Positions 10,085 through 21,631 of a DNA stretch of 64,000 bases are shown one piece after another. Both the position numbers and the translations under genes were made by a program. This stretch comes from Candidatus Dojkabacteria bacterium. Lineage in GTDB: Bacteria > Patescibacteriota > Dojkabacteria > SC72 > T1SED10-24. Numbering within the stretch: the stretch's first letter is position 1; the number at the start of each line of letters is the position of its first letter. The stretch covers positions 298-64,297 of the forward strand of contig PWFU01000029.1 in the NCBI GenBank assembly GCA_003554185.1, written 5' to 3'. A model generated the notes under the pieces. That model made no database searches. It saw only the letters and a list, made by a program, of their open reading frames with translations, and was not told the origin of the DNA.

Positions 10085-11416
10085 CTACTTAAGTAATCTC
10101 GTTATTTCTTCAGGTCTAGGAGCAATCTCCTGGGCCTTTTCAACCGTAATAGAGCCATCTCTGACTAATCTAACCAAAGAAGTTTCTAAAGACATCATAC
10201 CAACATCCGCACTGGTCATTATAATGTTATCAAGTTGATGAGTTTTACCCTCCCTTATTAAATTCCTAACAGCATTAGTAGCTATCATAATTTCAGAAGC
10301 TGCTTTTCTACCTCCTCCTTTAATAGGAACTAATCTTTGAGCAATAACTGCTTCAATGGTATTAGATAATTGTGCTCTAACTTGAGCTTGCTGGTGTTCT
10401 GGGAAAACATCAATAATACGATCAACAGTCTGTGGAGCACTATTTGTATGCAAAGTAGCAAAAACTAAGTGACCTGTCTCAGCCAAAGTTATAGCTGCAG
10501 AGATAGTTTCATAGTCTCTCATCTCACCAACAAGAATAATATCAGGATCTTGTCTCATCGCACTCTTTAGAGCAACTTCCCAAGAATGTGTATCATCATG
10601 CATCTCACGCTGATCCACCATTGCTTTCCCTTTAGGTAATATATATTCAATAGGGTCTTCAATAGTAATTATGTGTGCTGGTCTAGTTAAATTCGCATCC
10701 TGAAGCATAGCCGCTAAAGTAGTCGTTTTACCATGTCCAGTAGGACCAGTTACTAAAACAAGACCTTGTCCAAGTTTTGCAAAATTATAGTAGATTTCAG
10801 GCAAACCTAACTCTTCTATTGTCTTGATTTCATCAGGAATTTTTCTAAGAGCAGCAGAGACCATCTCTCTTTGATAAAAAGCATTAACCCTAAATCTTGC
10901 TTTCTCTGTATGTGAATATGCTAAATCAACTTCACGATTAATATCAAGAAGTTCTTTTTTATCTTCTTTTAATATCCCATTGACCATCTCAAAGGTGTCA
11001 TCAGGAGTTAATATCTCACTGCCAACAGGCTGTAATGAACCATCTACTCTAATCATTGCCGGATAACCAGAAGTCAAGTGTAAATCTGAAGCATCTTTCT
11101 CAATTACTAAGTCCAACAAATATTCCATGGTATAAGGGTATTTCTCTGGTGTATAAAAACCTTGCTCTAAATCCTGTCCTGAACGAGTAGCCTGTGTGTT
11201 TTCCTTTTCCCCTTGAGACTGAGTTTGTTGTTGCGTTTGTTGTTGTACTGGTTGCTGAGGCTGAGGTTGTGGTTGAGATTGCCCAACTTGGTTTGCAGAC
11301 TGTGGACCTTGTTGATTAGGTTGTGGTGGCTGAGGCGGAGTAGGAGCAGCTTGCTGTTGAGGATTATTCCCAACTTGTGAACTCATATTGTTATTTTGGT
11401 TTAAATTTTGTTCCAT
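10085..11416 (-). CDS. pilT: PilT-type retraction ATPase with an unusual N-terminal Q/P/N-rich extension of about 90 aa
   Basis: Walker A GPTGHGKTT, Asp/His box region, LHTNSAPQTVDRIID. The N-terminus MEQNLNQNNNMSSQVGNNPQQQAAPTPPQPPQPNQQ... is low complexity. Confidence 0.9.
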   Translation of the reverse strand: MEQNLNQNNNMSSQVGNNPQQQAAPTPPQPPQPNQQGPQSANQVGQSQPQPQPQQPVQQQTQQQTQSQGEKENTQATRSGQDLEQGFYTPEKYPYTMEYLLDLVIEKDASDLHLTSGYPAMIRVDGSLQPVGSEILTPDDTFEMVNGILKEDKKELLDINREVDLAYSHTEKARFRVNAFYQREMVSAALRKIPDEIKTIEELGLPEIYYNFAKLGQGLVLVTGPTGHGKTTTLAAMLQDANLTRPAHIITIEDPIEYILPKGKAMVDQREMHDDTHSWEVALKSAMRQDPDIILVGEMRDYETISAAITLAETGHLVFATLHTNSAPQTVDRIIDVFPEHQQAQVRAQLSNTIEAVIAQRLVPIKGGGRKAASEIMIATNAVRNLIREGKTHQLDNIIMTSADVGMMSLETSLVRLVRDGSITVEKAQEIAPRPEEITRLLK

Positions 11417-11468
11417 ATGGTTTCTAGTTTACTAAATTAAGATACTACATTCAAATTTTAAAAACAAC

Positions 11469-13274
11469 CTATTCCATAGTAACCCTCAATACTTCATCTA
11501 TCGTAGTAATTCCCTCTAATGCCCTTAAGTAGCCATCCTGAGTCATTTTAACCATACCACCTTTAATCGCAACTTTTTCAAATTCTGAGGCAAGTGAATT
11601 CTTCAACATCATAGGCCCCATTTCTTCCGTAGTTACCAAAACTTCGAAAACAGCTATTCTACCAGAGTAACCAGTATAACCACATGACTCACAACCCTTT
11701 CCTCTATACAAATAAAACATCTTATTACCACTTTCATCACTAAAAGGGCATTTTACTGGAGGTGATTTATCATCCTGCGCAGTATTTTGACAAACCTGAT
11801 TTGCATAATTAAATGGATCAAAGTTGGGTATAGAAGATAATGTTTCTTGGATATCTTGAACAACCTCTTTAGCTGGTACATAAGCTTCAAAACATTCGGT
11901 ACATATACGCCTTGGCAAACGCTGAGCAACTGCACACTTAAGTGTTGAAGATAGTAGATATGGCTCAACACCCATTTCTATTAATCTAGCGATAGAAGCT
12001 GCGGCACTATTGGTATGCAAGGTTGCTAATACTAAATGCCCCGTTAAGGAAGCCTCAACAGCCAAATCCGCAGTCTCCTGGTCACGAATTTCACCAACCA
12101 TTACGATATCGGGATCTTGCCTTAATACGGATCTTAAGCCTTTAGCAAATGTTAAACCTGCATCCGGATTTATATTCACCTGAGTCACACCAGAGATTCT
12201 AATCTCTACAGGATTTTCTAAAGTAATAATATTAACCTCGGGAGTATTAATACGATCAAGAGAAGAGGATAAAGTTCTAGTTTTACCACTACCTGTAGGT
12301 CCTGTTACCAATATAATGCCGTTAGTTGCTTTAATAGATTCAACATACCTTTCAAACGCGGTCCCTCTCAAACCAGAAGTCTCTAATTTTGGGACACCTT
12401 GTGATATATCTAACAACCTCATTACAACTTTCTCATCATATATTGTTGGCATGGTAGAAACACGTACATCTAGTTTTCTGCCTTGCGATTTTATTTGAAT
12501 TCTACCATCTTGAGGGACTCTCTTCTCATCTATTTTTAATCTAGAAATAATTTTCACCCTTGCAATCACCGCAGCAGCAGTGTTCTTAGGTAAAGATAAT
12601 TTCTCACTCAACACACCGTCTATCCTAAACCTCACTCTTAATCTTTCTTCCAAAGGCTCTATGTGAATATCAGAAGCCCCTGTTTTCATAGCAAACTGCA
12701 GGATTGAATTTACAATTCTAGCTACAGGAGCACCAACTAAATTTTCATTACTTAAAGAATCAACTTCTTCTGAATCCAGATCAGTAACTTCAGAATCAAC
12801 ATCCTCCAAAGCATCCGAAACCTCGGAGGAAATTGTCTGCCCCATAAGCTTGTCAAACGTTGAATCCAGAGAAGACCGCGTAGTTATATGCACCTTAAAG
12901 GGAAGTTCTTTTTTCATTTGAACTTTAAGAGATTGTAATGCTTGAACATCAAAAGGATTAAGCATTGCAACTTTAATTTCTGATTCTGTAATCTCAAATG
13001 GAACCGCACGAAGATTTTTAAGCGATCGAATATTTAGACCGGAAACTATCTCATCATATATTGTTACATTCTCAAGGTTGATGTAAGGGATATTGAACAT
13101 CTCAGACTTTGCCTTTGCTATGGTCTCCTCATTAACCAAATTCATTTGCAAAAGCAACTCCTCTTCACTTTTACGTGTTTTGGATTGCTCAACCCTTACC
13201 TTGTTTGCAGACTCAACATCAACTATCTTTTTTTCAACCAAATAACCTAATATGCTCCTGTTGGGATTTGCCAT
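11469..13274 (-). CDS. pilB: PilB/GspE-type pilus assembly ATPase
   Basis: 601 aa. N-terminal GSPII_E_N-like domain, Walker A GPTGSGKTR, LATLHTNSAA, tetracysteine motif CTEC...CESCGYTGYSGR. Confidence 0.9.
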   Translation of the reverse strand: MANPNRSILGYLVEKKIVDVESANKVRVEQSKTRKSEEELLLQMNLVNEETIAKAKSEMFNIPYINLENVTIYDEIVSGLNIRSLKNLRAVPFEITESEIKVAMLNPFDVQALQSLKVQMKKELPFKVHITTRSSLDSTFDKLMGQTISSEVSDALEDVDSEVTDLDSEEVDSLSNENLVGAPVARIVNSILQFAMKTGASDIHIEPLEERLRVRFRIDGVLSEKLSLPKNTAAAVIARVKIISRLKIDEKRVPQDGRIQIKSQGRKLDVRVSTMPTIYDEKVVMRLLDISQGVPKLETSGLRGTAFERYVESIKATNGIILVTGPTGSGKTRTLSSSLDRINTPEVNIITLENPVEIRISGVTQVNINPDAGLTFAKGLRSVLRQDPDIVMVGEIRDQETADLAVEASLTGHLVLATLHTNSAAASIARLIEMGVEPYLLSSTLKCAVAQRLPRRICTECFEAYVPAKEVVQDIQETLSSIPNFDPFNYANQVCQNTAQDDKSPPVKCPFSDESGNKMFYLYRGKGCESCGYTGYSGRIAVFEVLVTTEEMGPMMLKNSLASEFEKVAIKGGMVKMTQDGYLRALEGITTIDEVLRVTME

Positions 13275-13370
13275 TAATCATTTTGTGTTAAAATAATCTT
13301 CATACTCTTTAAGAGTACTAAAAAGCCCTATGACCGTCAAGTCATATAGTGTGTTAGAATCTATATACAA

Positions 13371-14060
13371 ATGACATACCTAATAATCAACACAGATGAA
13401 TATGTTGCAATAAAAGAAGTGATAAACCTCATTAATTCATATATAGGGGCTTCTTTTAAAGAGCCTGAAGACATACTGGATAAACCAGACTTTCACATAG
13501 TTCAACCGGGAGAAAAGGGGAATATAACGATAGAACAAAGCAAAGAATTGCAGAGGAATATAATATACACACCTTTCGAAAATCAATATCAATTCGGCAT
13601 TATTCTAAATGCAGAATCTATGACTCAAGAAGCACAAAACTCATTATTAAAAACTTTAGAGGAAAAAGAAGAAAACACCATTCTCATTTTAACAACAAAC
13701 AATGAAAAGTCTGTATTAGAAACAATACTATCAAGATGCACAAGAATCTATCCTAAACAAAGTAAGAGTAATAATATTCAAAAAGGCTATTTTGAAATTG
13801 AGCAGTTTTTAGAAAAACAAATATATGAAAAAATATCTCAGGTAGAAGAAATTGTAAAGGAAGATAATGTACAAAACTTTCTTGATGAATTAATAAGATA
13901 TTTTAAAGAAAAATATGAAGAAAAAATATTTAATAACGAAAGTTATACAAAAGAATTAAAAAACCTAGAAATTCTAAGAGAAGCAAAATTTAGAATAGAA
14001 AAGAACGTAAACAAAAAGGTTGCTTTAGAACACATATGCTTCCAAATAGATAAGGATTGA
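13371..14060 (+). CDS. holB: DNA polymerase III delta-prime subunit (short form)
   Basis: 229 aa. QNSLLKTLEE sensor region and ETILSRC motif typical of clamp-loader delta-prime. Confidence 0.7.
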   Translation: MTYLIINTDEYVAIKEVINLINSYIGASFKEPEDILDKPDFHIVQPGEKGNITIEQSKELQRNIIYTPFENQYQFGIILNAESMTQEAQNSLLKTLEEKEENTILILTTNNEKSVLETILSRCTRIYPKQSKSNNIQKGYFEIEQFLEKQIYEKISQVEEIVKEDNVQNFLDELIRYFKEKYEEKIFNNESYTKELKNLEILREAKFRIEKNVNKKVALEHICFQIDKD

Positions 14061-14138
14061 TGTATGATAATAATGAAAAATTTCAAATCTTTATGTATAA
14101 TGTGATATATTAACAAGGAATTTTTCTAATTCCGTTAA

Positions 14139-16064
<1,926 letters not shown>

Positions 16065-16073
16065 AAAAAATAT

Positions 16074-16892
16074 ATGAATTTAAACATAATTGACAAATTA
16101 ACAAACGAAGGATTAAAGTTTCCTTTCGACAAACCTGATTGGTTTAATACCTTTGGTATCTATTGTTTAATAAATCTTGTCTCTGTAATCATATGGACTG
16201 GTATATTTATAGGGGGATACTTTGGACTAATCTTCCTAGCAGGCTTAGACTTAACATCAATATCTCTCATATTATTAATACCTTTATCCATTGTAATAAT
16301 AATTTTAATATTAATTTCACTCTATTTAGGTGGATATAACTTGGAAATGATGAAGAATATAAAAGAGGATAAGGAAGTTAAAAAGCCAGAACATAAAAAT
16401 ATTGGATACAAATTAAAGCTAGGTCTGTGCAAAATTATAATACAAGCAGTCGTAAGTATATTAATGGTAATTTTTTTCGCTGCAGCAGGTGTTCTGATAA
16501 TATGGGGTATAGCTTTAACAGCGGATCTACCAATAGCAGGTATACCAATAGCGATCATAGGATTACTCTTCACCCTTTTCTTCATTGCACTAACCCTGTA
16601 CTTTCAAGGTATAGGAGTGCCCATAATGATATACAATTTCCTTGATTCGGGCTCACTGGGTAGAGCTTTCAATACAGAAAATATTATCAGAGGTACTAGA
16701 AATGCTTGGCAAAATCTATTAATAATATATTTGCTTAGTATTGTTGGTACTATCATTACAGGAGTACTTACACAGATTCCATGCATCGGATTTTTGCTAC
16801 AATTAGTTGCCTTACCATATATTGTTTTTGTAGTTTCGTTCCTAACAGGAACAGTTTATTATCATTTACAACCTAAAACTAAAATAAAGTAA
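16074..16892 (+). CDS. Polytopic membrane protein, DUF4013-like
   Basis: 272 aa, 6 or more TM segments. N-terminal LKFPFDKPDW motif resembles DUF4013. 9-nt gaps to both gyrB and gyrA. Confidence 0.6.
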   Translation: MNLNIIDKLTNEGLKFPFDKPDWFNTFGIYCLINLVSVIIWTGIFIGGYFGLIFLAGLDLTSISLILLIPLSIVIIILILISLYLGGYNLEMMKNIKEDKEVKKPEHKNIGYKLKLGLCKIIIQAVVSILMVIFFAAAGVLIIWGIALTADLPIAGIPIAIIGLLFTLFFIALTLYFQGIGVPIMIYNFLDSGSLGRAFNTENIIRGTRNAWQNLLIIYLLSIVGTIITGVLTQIPCIGFLLQLVALPYIVFVVSFLTGTVYYHLQPKTKIK

Positions 16893-16901
16893 CAGACATT
16901 T

Positions 16902-19604
16902 ATGAATCAAGAAGAAGAAAAAGACGTAAACGAAAAAGAATTTTACAATCCTTCATATGAGCCAGGTTCTGTTATACCTAGACCAATAGTAGATGAAATG
17001 AAAGCCAGCTACCTAGATTATTCTATGTCTGTAATAGTTTCAAGAGCATTACCAGAGGTAAAAGATGGTTTAAAACCTTCACAAAGAAGAATCCTAGTTT
17101 CAATGAATGACCTTGGATTAACACCTGGTGCAAATTACAGAAAATCTGCAAAAATTGCATCAGATACTTCAGGTAATTACCATCCACACGGTGAATCTAT
17201 AACATATCCAACTATGGTTAAACTAGCTCAAGACTTTTCAACTAGATATCCCTTAGTCGATGGGCAAGGGAATTTTGGTTCAATCGATGGGGATCCTCCT
17301 GCCGCCATGCGTTATACTGAAGCCAAAATGTCTAAATATACACTGGAGGTACTTCGTGAATTAGACAAGGGTACTGTAACTTATGTACAAAACTATGATG
17401 GTACGAGACTAGAACCAGAAGTATTGCCTTCTCTTTTCCCAAACCTCATATGTAATGGAAGTGATGGTATTGCTGTAGGTATGGCAACAAAAATACCACC
17501 TCATAATCTTACCGAAGTACTGAATGCATTAATCCACATGATTGAATTGGGAAATAAATGGGAAGGGAAATATATGTACAATGAGTTGAGAGAAGCTAGA
17601 GAAAAAGTTGAAGATATACCAAAAACTCTAGAATCTCACCCTCTTACATATCTCTCCAATTATGCATCTACCCAGGAAGAAAAGGAGAGCATAAAAGAGA
17701 GACTGAAGGAAGAACACCTCTATCCTGAATTTGAATCTGATATTACTCCAGAAGATCTAATTGAACATATACCTGGACCAGACTTTCCGACTGGAGGAAC
17801 AATTTATGACAAAAAAGAAATAATGAACATGTATGCTACAGGAAGGGGTAGAGTATTATGCAGAGCCAAAGCAGATATTGAAGAAGTAAAGGGTGGAAAA
17901 TACCAGATAGTTGTAACAGAAATACCATACCAGGTAAACAAAGCTCATTTGTTGGAAAAAATTGCACACTTAGTCAAAGAAAAAAAACTCATGGGAATAG
18001 CAGATATCAGAGACGAGTCCAATAGAGACGGCATGAGAATAATCATATCCATCAAGAAAGATGCCCAACCCAAAACCGTTCTAAACAACCTATACAAATA
18101 CACAGAAATGCAAAAGGCATTTAATTCAAATATGATCTCACTAGTGGACCAAGAACCAGCCACATTAAATCTAAAACGCATGCTCGAACTATTTCTTTCT
18201 TTTAGAATGACCGTGATTATAAGGAGGTATGAGTACGACCTCGCACAAGCCAAATACAGATCACACATCCTTGAAGGACTTCTTAAGGCTTTAGACATTT
18301 TAGATGAAATTATATCCACAATTAGAGGATCAAAAACACAGGAAGAAGCAAAAACAAATTTAATAGAGAAATACGAATTCACTTCAGTCCAAGCTCAAGC
18401 AATACTAGATATGCAACTTAGAAAACTCGCCGCATTAGAAAGACAAAAGATTTCTGATGAATATGAACAAATAAAGAAGGACATTCAAGATTGTTTAACT
18501 GTCTTAAATAGTCAAAATGAAATACTAAATGTCATCAAAAAGGAATTTCAATACCTAAAAGATAAATATGGAGACGAAAGAAGAAGTAAAGTTATTAAAG
18601 GAAAAGTAGATGAAATATCCGAAGAAGACCTTGTTCCATCAGAAGACACATTCATCACAATCAGTTACAAAGGATACGTAAAAAGATTAAGCCCAGAAAC
18701 ATACAGAACACAAAAAAGAGGAGGAAAAGGAGTAACTGGCGCAGTAACAAAAGAAGATGACTTCGTTAAACATGCATTGATGTGCAACACACATGATGAC
18801 TTAATGCTCTTTACAAATACAGGAAGAGTCCTCATAACAAAAGCATATGAAATACCTGAATACAGCAGAACTGCGAAAGGACTACCTATCATTAATTTAG
18901 TATCATTAAATCAAGACGAAATTATAACCAGTGTGTTAACCAGAAAATCTGAAGGAAAGATAGTAGGTGGTGATGAATCTGCACAAGAACAATCCAAACA
19001 ACCACAATGCCTATTCATGGCTACAAAAGATGGTACTGTTAAAAAGACAAAAATTGAAGATTTTTCAAAGATTCGATCCAGTGGTTTAATAGCAATAAAG
19101 CTAGATAAAAACGATGAACTGAAATGGGTTAAACCCACAACGGGAGAAGATGAAATAATTGTTGTTACCGCAATGGGTAGATCAATAAGGTTTAATGAAG
19201 AAGATGTAAGAAAAACTGGTAGAAATAGTAGGGGAGTAAGAGGCATCAAATTCAAATTTGACGGTGACGAAGTTATTTCAATGGATACTGTAGACAGTGA
19301 TAAAGACAAGTTATTCATTCTTTCAGAGAAGGGTTTTGGAAAAATGACTTTACTCAAAAATTACCCTACACAAAAAAGAGGAGGAACAGGTGTATTTACT
19401 TTTAGTGCAAAAGATAAAACAGGAAAAGTTGTTGGAGCTAGAAATATGGACTCTCCAGAGAAAGAGTTTGTAGTTGTTTCTAAAAAGGGAGTAGTTATTC
19501 GATCAGATATTCAAGACATACCTACTTTAGGAAGACAAACTTCTGGAGTAAGGATTATGAGATTAAGTGATGAAGATGAGGTAGCTGCATTTGCTTTAGT
19601 TTAG
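16902..19604 (+). CDS. gyrA: DNA gyrase subunit A
   Basis: 900 aa. AAMRYTE catalytic Tyr region, GyrA-box/beta-pinwheel C-terminal repeats. Extra segment between HNLTEV and PGPDFPTGG. Confidence 0.97.
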   Translation: MNQEEEKDVNEKEFYNPSYEPGSVIPRPIVDEMKASYLDYSMSVIVSRALPEVKDGLKPSQRRILVSMNDLGLTPGANYRKSAKIASDTSGNYHPHGESITYPTMVKLAQDFSTRYPLVDGQGNFGSIDGDPPAAMRYTEAKMSKYTLEVLRELDKGTVTYVQNYDGTRLEPEVLPSLFPNLICNGSDGIAVGMATKIPPHNLTEVLNALIHMIELGNKWEGKYMYNELREAREKVEDIPKTLESHPLTYLSNYASTQEEKESIKERLKEEHLYPEFESDITPEDLIEHIPGPDFPTGGTIYDKKEIMNMYATGRGRVLCRAKADIEEVKGGKYQIVVTEIPYQVNKAHLLEKIAHLVKEKKLMGIADIRDESNRDGMRIIISIKKDAQPKTVLNNLYKYTEMQKAFNSNMISLVDQEPATLNLKRMLELFLSFRMTVIIRRYEYDLAQAKYRSHILEGLLKALDILDEIISTIRGSKTQEEAKTNLIEKYEFTSVQAQAILDMQLRKLAALERQKISDEYEQIKKDIQDCLTVLNSQNEILNVIKKEFQYLKDKYGDERRSKVIKGKVDEISEEDLVPSEDTFITISYKGYVKRLSPETYRTQKRGGKGVTGAVTKEDDFVKHALMCNTHDDLMLFTNTGRVLITKAYEIPEYSRTAKGLPIINLVSLNQDEIITSVLTRKSEGKIVGGDESAQEQSKQPQCLFMATKDGTVKKTKIEDFSKIRSSGLIAIKLDKNDELKWVKPTTGEDEIIVVTAMGRSIRFNEEDVRKTGRNSRGVRGIKFKFDGDEVISMDTVDSDKDKLFILSEKGFGKMTLLKNYPTQKRGGTGVFTFSAKDKTGKVVGARNMDSPEKEFVVVSKKGVVIRSDIQDIPTLGRQTSGVRIMRLSDEDEVAAFALV

Positions 19605-19611
19605 TTATTTT

Positions 19612-20262
19612 ATGACAGAAGACAGAAATGTAAAAAACTTCTTTTCAAACGCATATTTCACTATAGGGATGATATTAATTATTCTTGCAACAACACTAAT
19701 TATAATTTCAAAATATCCACATATTTGGTACACCTTAGATATACACTCAACAGAAGGTGAAATTGAAGCATTAACTAATCCAATAGAAGAAGACTACAAA
19801 GCTTTCAAAGACAGATTAAAAGAAGACAAAGAAGAAGACAAACTTCCCCCAATAGACCCAGAATTACCAGAAGAAAATACCGTTAAAATACCAAAAATAG
19901 GTGTAAATACAACTATCTATGAAGGAGAAAACTATGAAGAACTTCTAAAGAAAGGAGCTTGGAGAGTTCCCAATCTAGGTACTCCAAAAGATAATACTAC
20001 TATGATTCTTTCTGCACACAGGTTCGGATACATTTTCTGGAGTGATGAAGAAAGGACAGAAAAATCTTTCTATAATTTACCAAGTACTAGGGAAGGGGAT
20101 AGAATAAAAGTGATATGGAACCAAAGAAAATATGAATACGAAATATATAATGCAGAAGAGACTAGAGAAATAACAGATGCGGATGCAGATTTAATACTCT
20201 ATACTTGCAAACTATATAACTCGCCCATAAGGATTTTCAGGTATGCAGATAGAGTAGAATAG
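19612..20262 (+). CDS. Sortase family transpeptidase, membrane anchored
   Basis: N-terminal TM. Catalytic His in MILSAHRFGY; Cys and Arg in LILYTCKLYNSPIRIFRYADR. Confidence 0.8.
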   Translation: MTEDRNVKNFFSNAYFTIGMILIILATTLIIISKYPHIWYTLDIHSTEGEIEALTNPIEEDYKAFKDRLKEDKEEDKLPPIDPELPEENTVKIPKIGVNTTIYEGENYEELLKKGAWRVPNLGTPKDNTTMILSAHRFGYIFWSDEERTEKSFYNLPSTREGDRIKVIWNQRKYEYEIYNAEETREITDADADLILYTCKLYNSPIRIFRYADRVE

Positions 20263-20314
20263 CATTATAACTCACCCCAACTTTAAGTAATAGCAACTTC
20301 TTATAATAAGCATA

Positions 20315-20343
20315 TTGACAAATATATGGCCCGATAGTATAAT
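20315..20343 (+). promoter_or_regulatory. Consensus sigma70 promoter
   Basis: TTGACA (20315-20320), exactly 17 nt, TATAAT (20338-20343). About 30 nt upstream of the ATG at 20374. Confidence 0.55.
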
Positions 20344-20373
20344 TCTACTACTTAATTTAAAAGTATTAAAGAT

Positions 20374-20592
20374 ATGAAAGCACTAACAACTGTTCTTACA
20401 TTCTCAGCATTCCTTGCTATGCAGGCTCCTGCTTTAGCTAAGGAACAAGGTATAACACCTTACGACCATATGCCTGTAGACACTTTTATAGCAGGTTTTC
20501 CACTTGAATCTTTAGTTTTACTAGGTCTTTTTGCTTATGCTCTAGGTGTCCTATACATCTTTAGCGCTGTTCATCTAAAGAACAAAAAGTAA
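20374..20592 (+). CDS. Small exported/membrane protein (72 aa): signal peptide, about 20 mature residues, C-terminal TM helix and KNKK tail
   Basis: MKALTTVLTFSAFLAMQAPALA|KEQG... then LVLLGLFAYALGVLYIFSAVHLKNKK. Perfect promoter upstream and a hairpin downstream. Confidence 0.6.
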   Translation: MKALTTVLTFSAFLAMQAPALAKEQGITPYDHMPVDTFIAGFPLESLVLLGLFAYALGVLYIFSAVHLKNKK

Positions 20593-20611
20593 AAAAATAA
20601 AGAAGGATATC

Positions 20612-20643
20612 TTCAAGATAATATCTTAGTATATTATCTTGAA
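20612..20643 (+). terminator. AT-rich perfect hairpin after the small gene (possible terminator)
   Basis: TTCAAGATAATAT (20612-20624), 6-nt loop, ATATTATCTTGAA (20631-20643), followed by a T-rich stretch. Confidence 0.35.
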
Positions 20644-20806
20644 TAGTCTCTTTCTTTTTAAGAAAGGACGCTCTTTAACAAGCTGAATAGGTTTCTATAC
20701 TCCTTTATACTCCTATCTAGCAAATAGTAATTAAATATTTATTTGATTGTTTTTTGCTGGATAGGGGGTGTTTTTTAAAAAAACAAAAAAAAGGAGGTGT
20801 TATAGA

Positions 20807-21337
20807 ATGGAAAACGAAGAGACCAAAGTTAAAGAAGAAACAGCTGAAAGCACTACTTCCGCCACAAATTCCACGAAGAATTTGGTTATCGGGCTTTGCG
20901 GAGCCCTTGTTCTCCTGGTTGTCTTGTTGGTGGGATTATATTACATACTCCCGGATCCCGGGACTGTAACCCAAGAGCAAGCCCAGGCCCAACTTCAGAA
21001 GGGAGGTATTGTACCGGCGGATGATGTTGCTAGTGTTGCTGATGTAGATGTAGAGGAGAAGGTTGGAGGTCAAAAAGACCTCTATGTCACAACCTTCGTC
21101 GAAGGTTGGGATGAAAGAGGGAAGATGGTCGACGCTGGGACTCAGATCACCAACGGTCCAGCTTTGATCGACCTTGGAGGAGGCAAAGCCAAGTACGTCG
21201 GAGAGAATGAAGAACTTACCCTCAAGGAGCCAACCTTGATTTGGTTGTATAATTCGTCCGACGCGAAGATGCAGGGGGAATTTCTTTTTTTCGACCAAGT
21301 AGTAGATATCAGCGGTAACACGCTGTATCAAAGGTAG
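20807..21337 (+). CDS. Type II membrane-anchored protein of unknown function, compositionally atypical (G+C-rich)
   Basis: ATG at 20807, preceded 9 nt upstream by AAGGAGGTG (20791-20799). N-terminal TM LVIGLCGALVLLVVLLVGLYYIL. The track start at 20768 is a GTG and is probably an over-extension. Confidence 0.7.
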   Translation: MENEETKVKEETAESTTSATNSTKNLVIGLCGALVLLVVLLVGLYYILPDPGTVTQEQAQAQLQKGGIVPADDVASVADVDVEEKVGGQKDLYVTTFVEGWDERGKMVDAGTQITNGPALIDLGGGKAKYVGENEELTLKEPTLIWLYNSSDAKMQGEFLFFDQVVDISGNTLYQR

Positions 21338-21402
21338 TCGAAACCCACCCCCTTCCCGTTATTTCATCCTCATTTTATCACCCCTATTCAGCACCACAAA
21401 TC

Positions 21403-21498
21403 TCGTGGGATCCTTGTAAATCGACAAAAGTCGACGTATTGTTTAAATTTAGTCCCAAAAGGACAAAAAAAAATAAACATACGCCAAGGATCCCACGA
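21403..21498. repeat. 96-bp element bounded by perfect 14-bp inverted repeats
   Basis: TCGTGGGATCCTTG (21403-21416) and CAAGGATCCCACGA (21485-21498). Two small inner hairpins (CGAC-AAAA-GTCG; GTCC-CAAAA-GGAC). TTTT follows the right arm. Confidence 0.6.
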
Positions 21499-21565
21499 CC
21501 AACTTTTCCTAAAAAAAAATTGCAGAATTTAAAATAAAACACCCCTGTTTTCTACCCTATAGTAT

Positions 21566-21595
21566 TTGACAATGAATGCCTTCTAAAGGTATAAT
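21566..21595 (+). promoter_or_regulatory. Consensus-like sigma70 promoter for the envelope gene cluster
   Basis: TTGACA (21566-21571), 18-nt spacer, TATAAT (21590-21595). Confidence 0.5.
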
Positions 21596-21631
21596 ATCCC
21601 TATACAGAAGATAAATTTTTGAGTTTTAAAA

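Noticed and set aside
20754-20969. Track ORF 20754-20969 (+) and the GTG-extended start at 20768 for the islet gene.
   Set aside because: The extension encodes a K/R-rich stretch read across the poly-A/SD region. The ATG at 20807 with AAGGAGGTG 9 nt upstream is a far better start. The 20754 ORF is an alternative-frame artefact.
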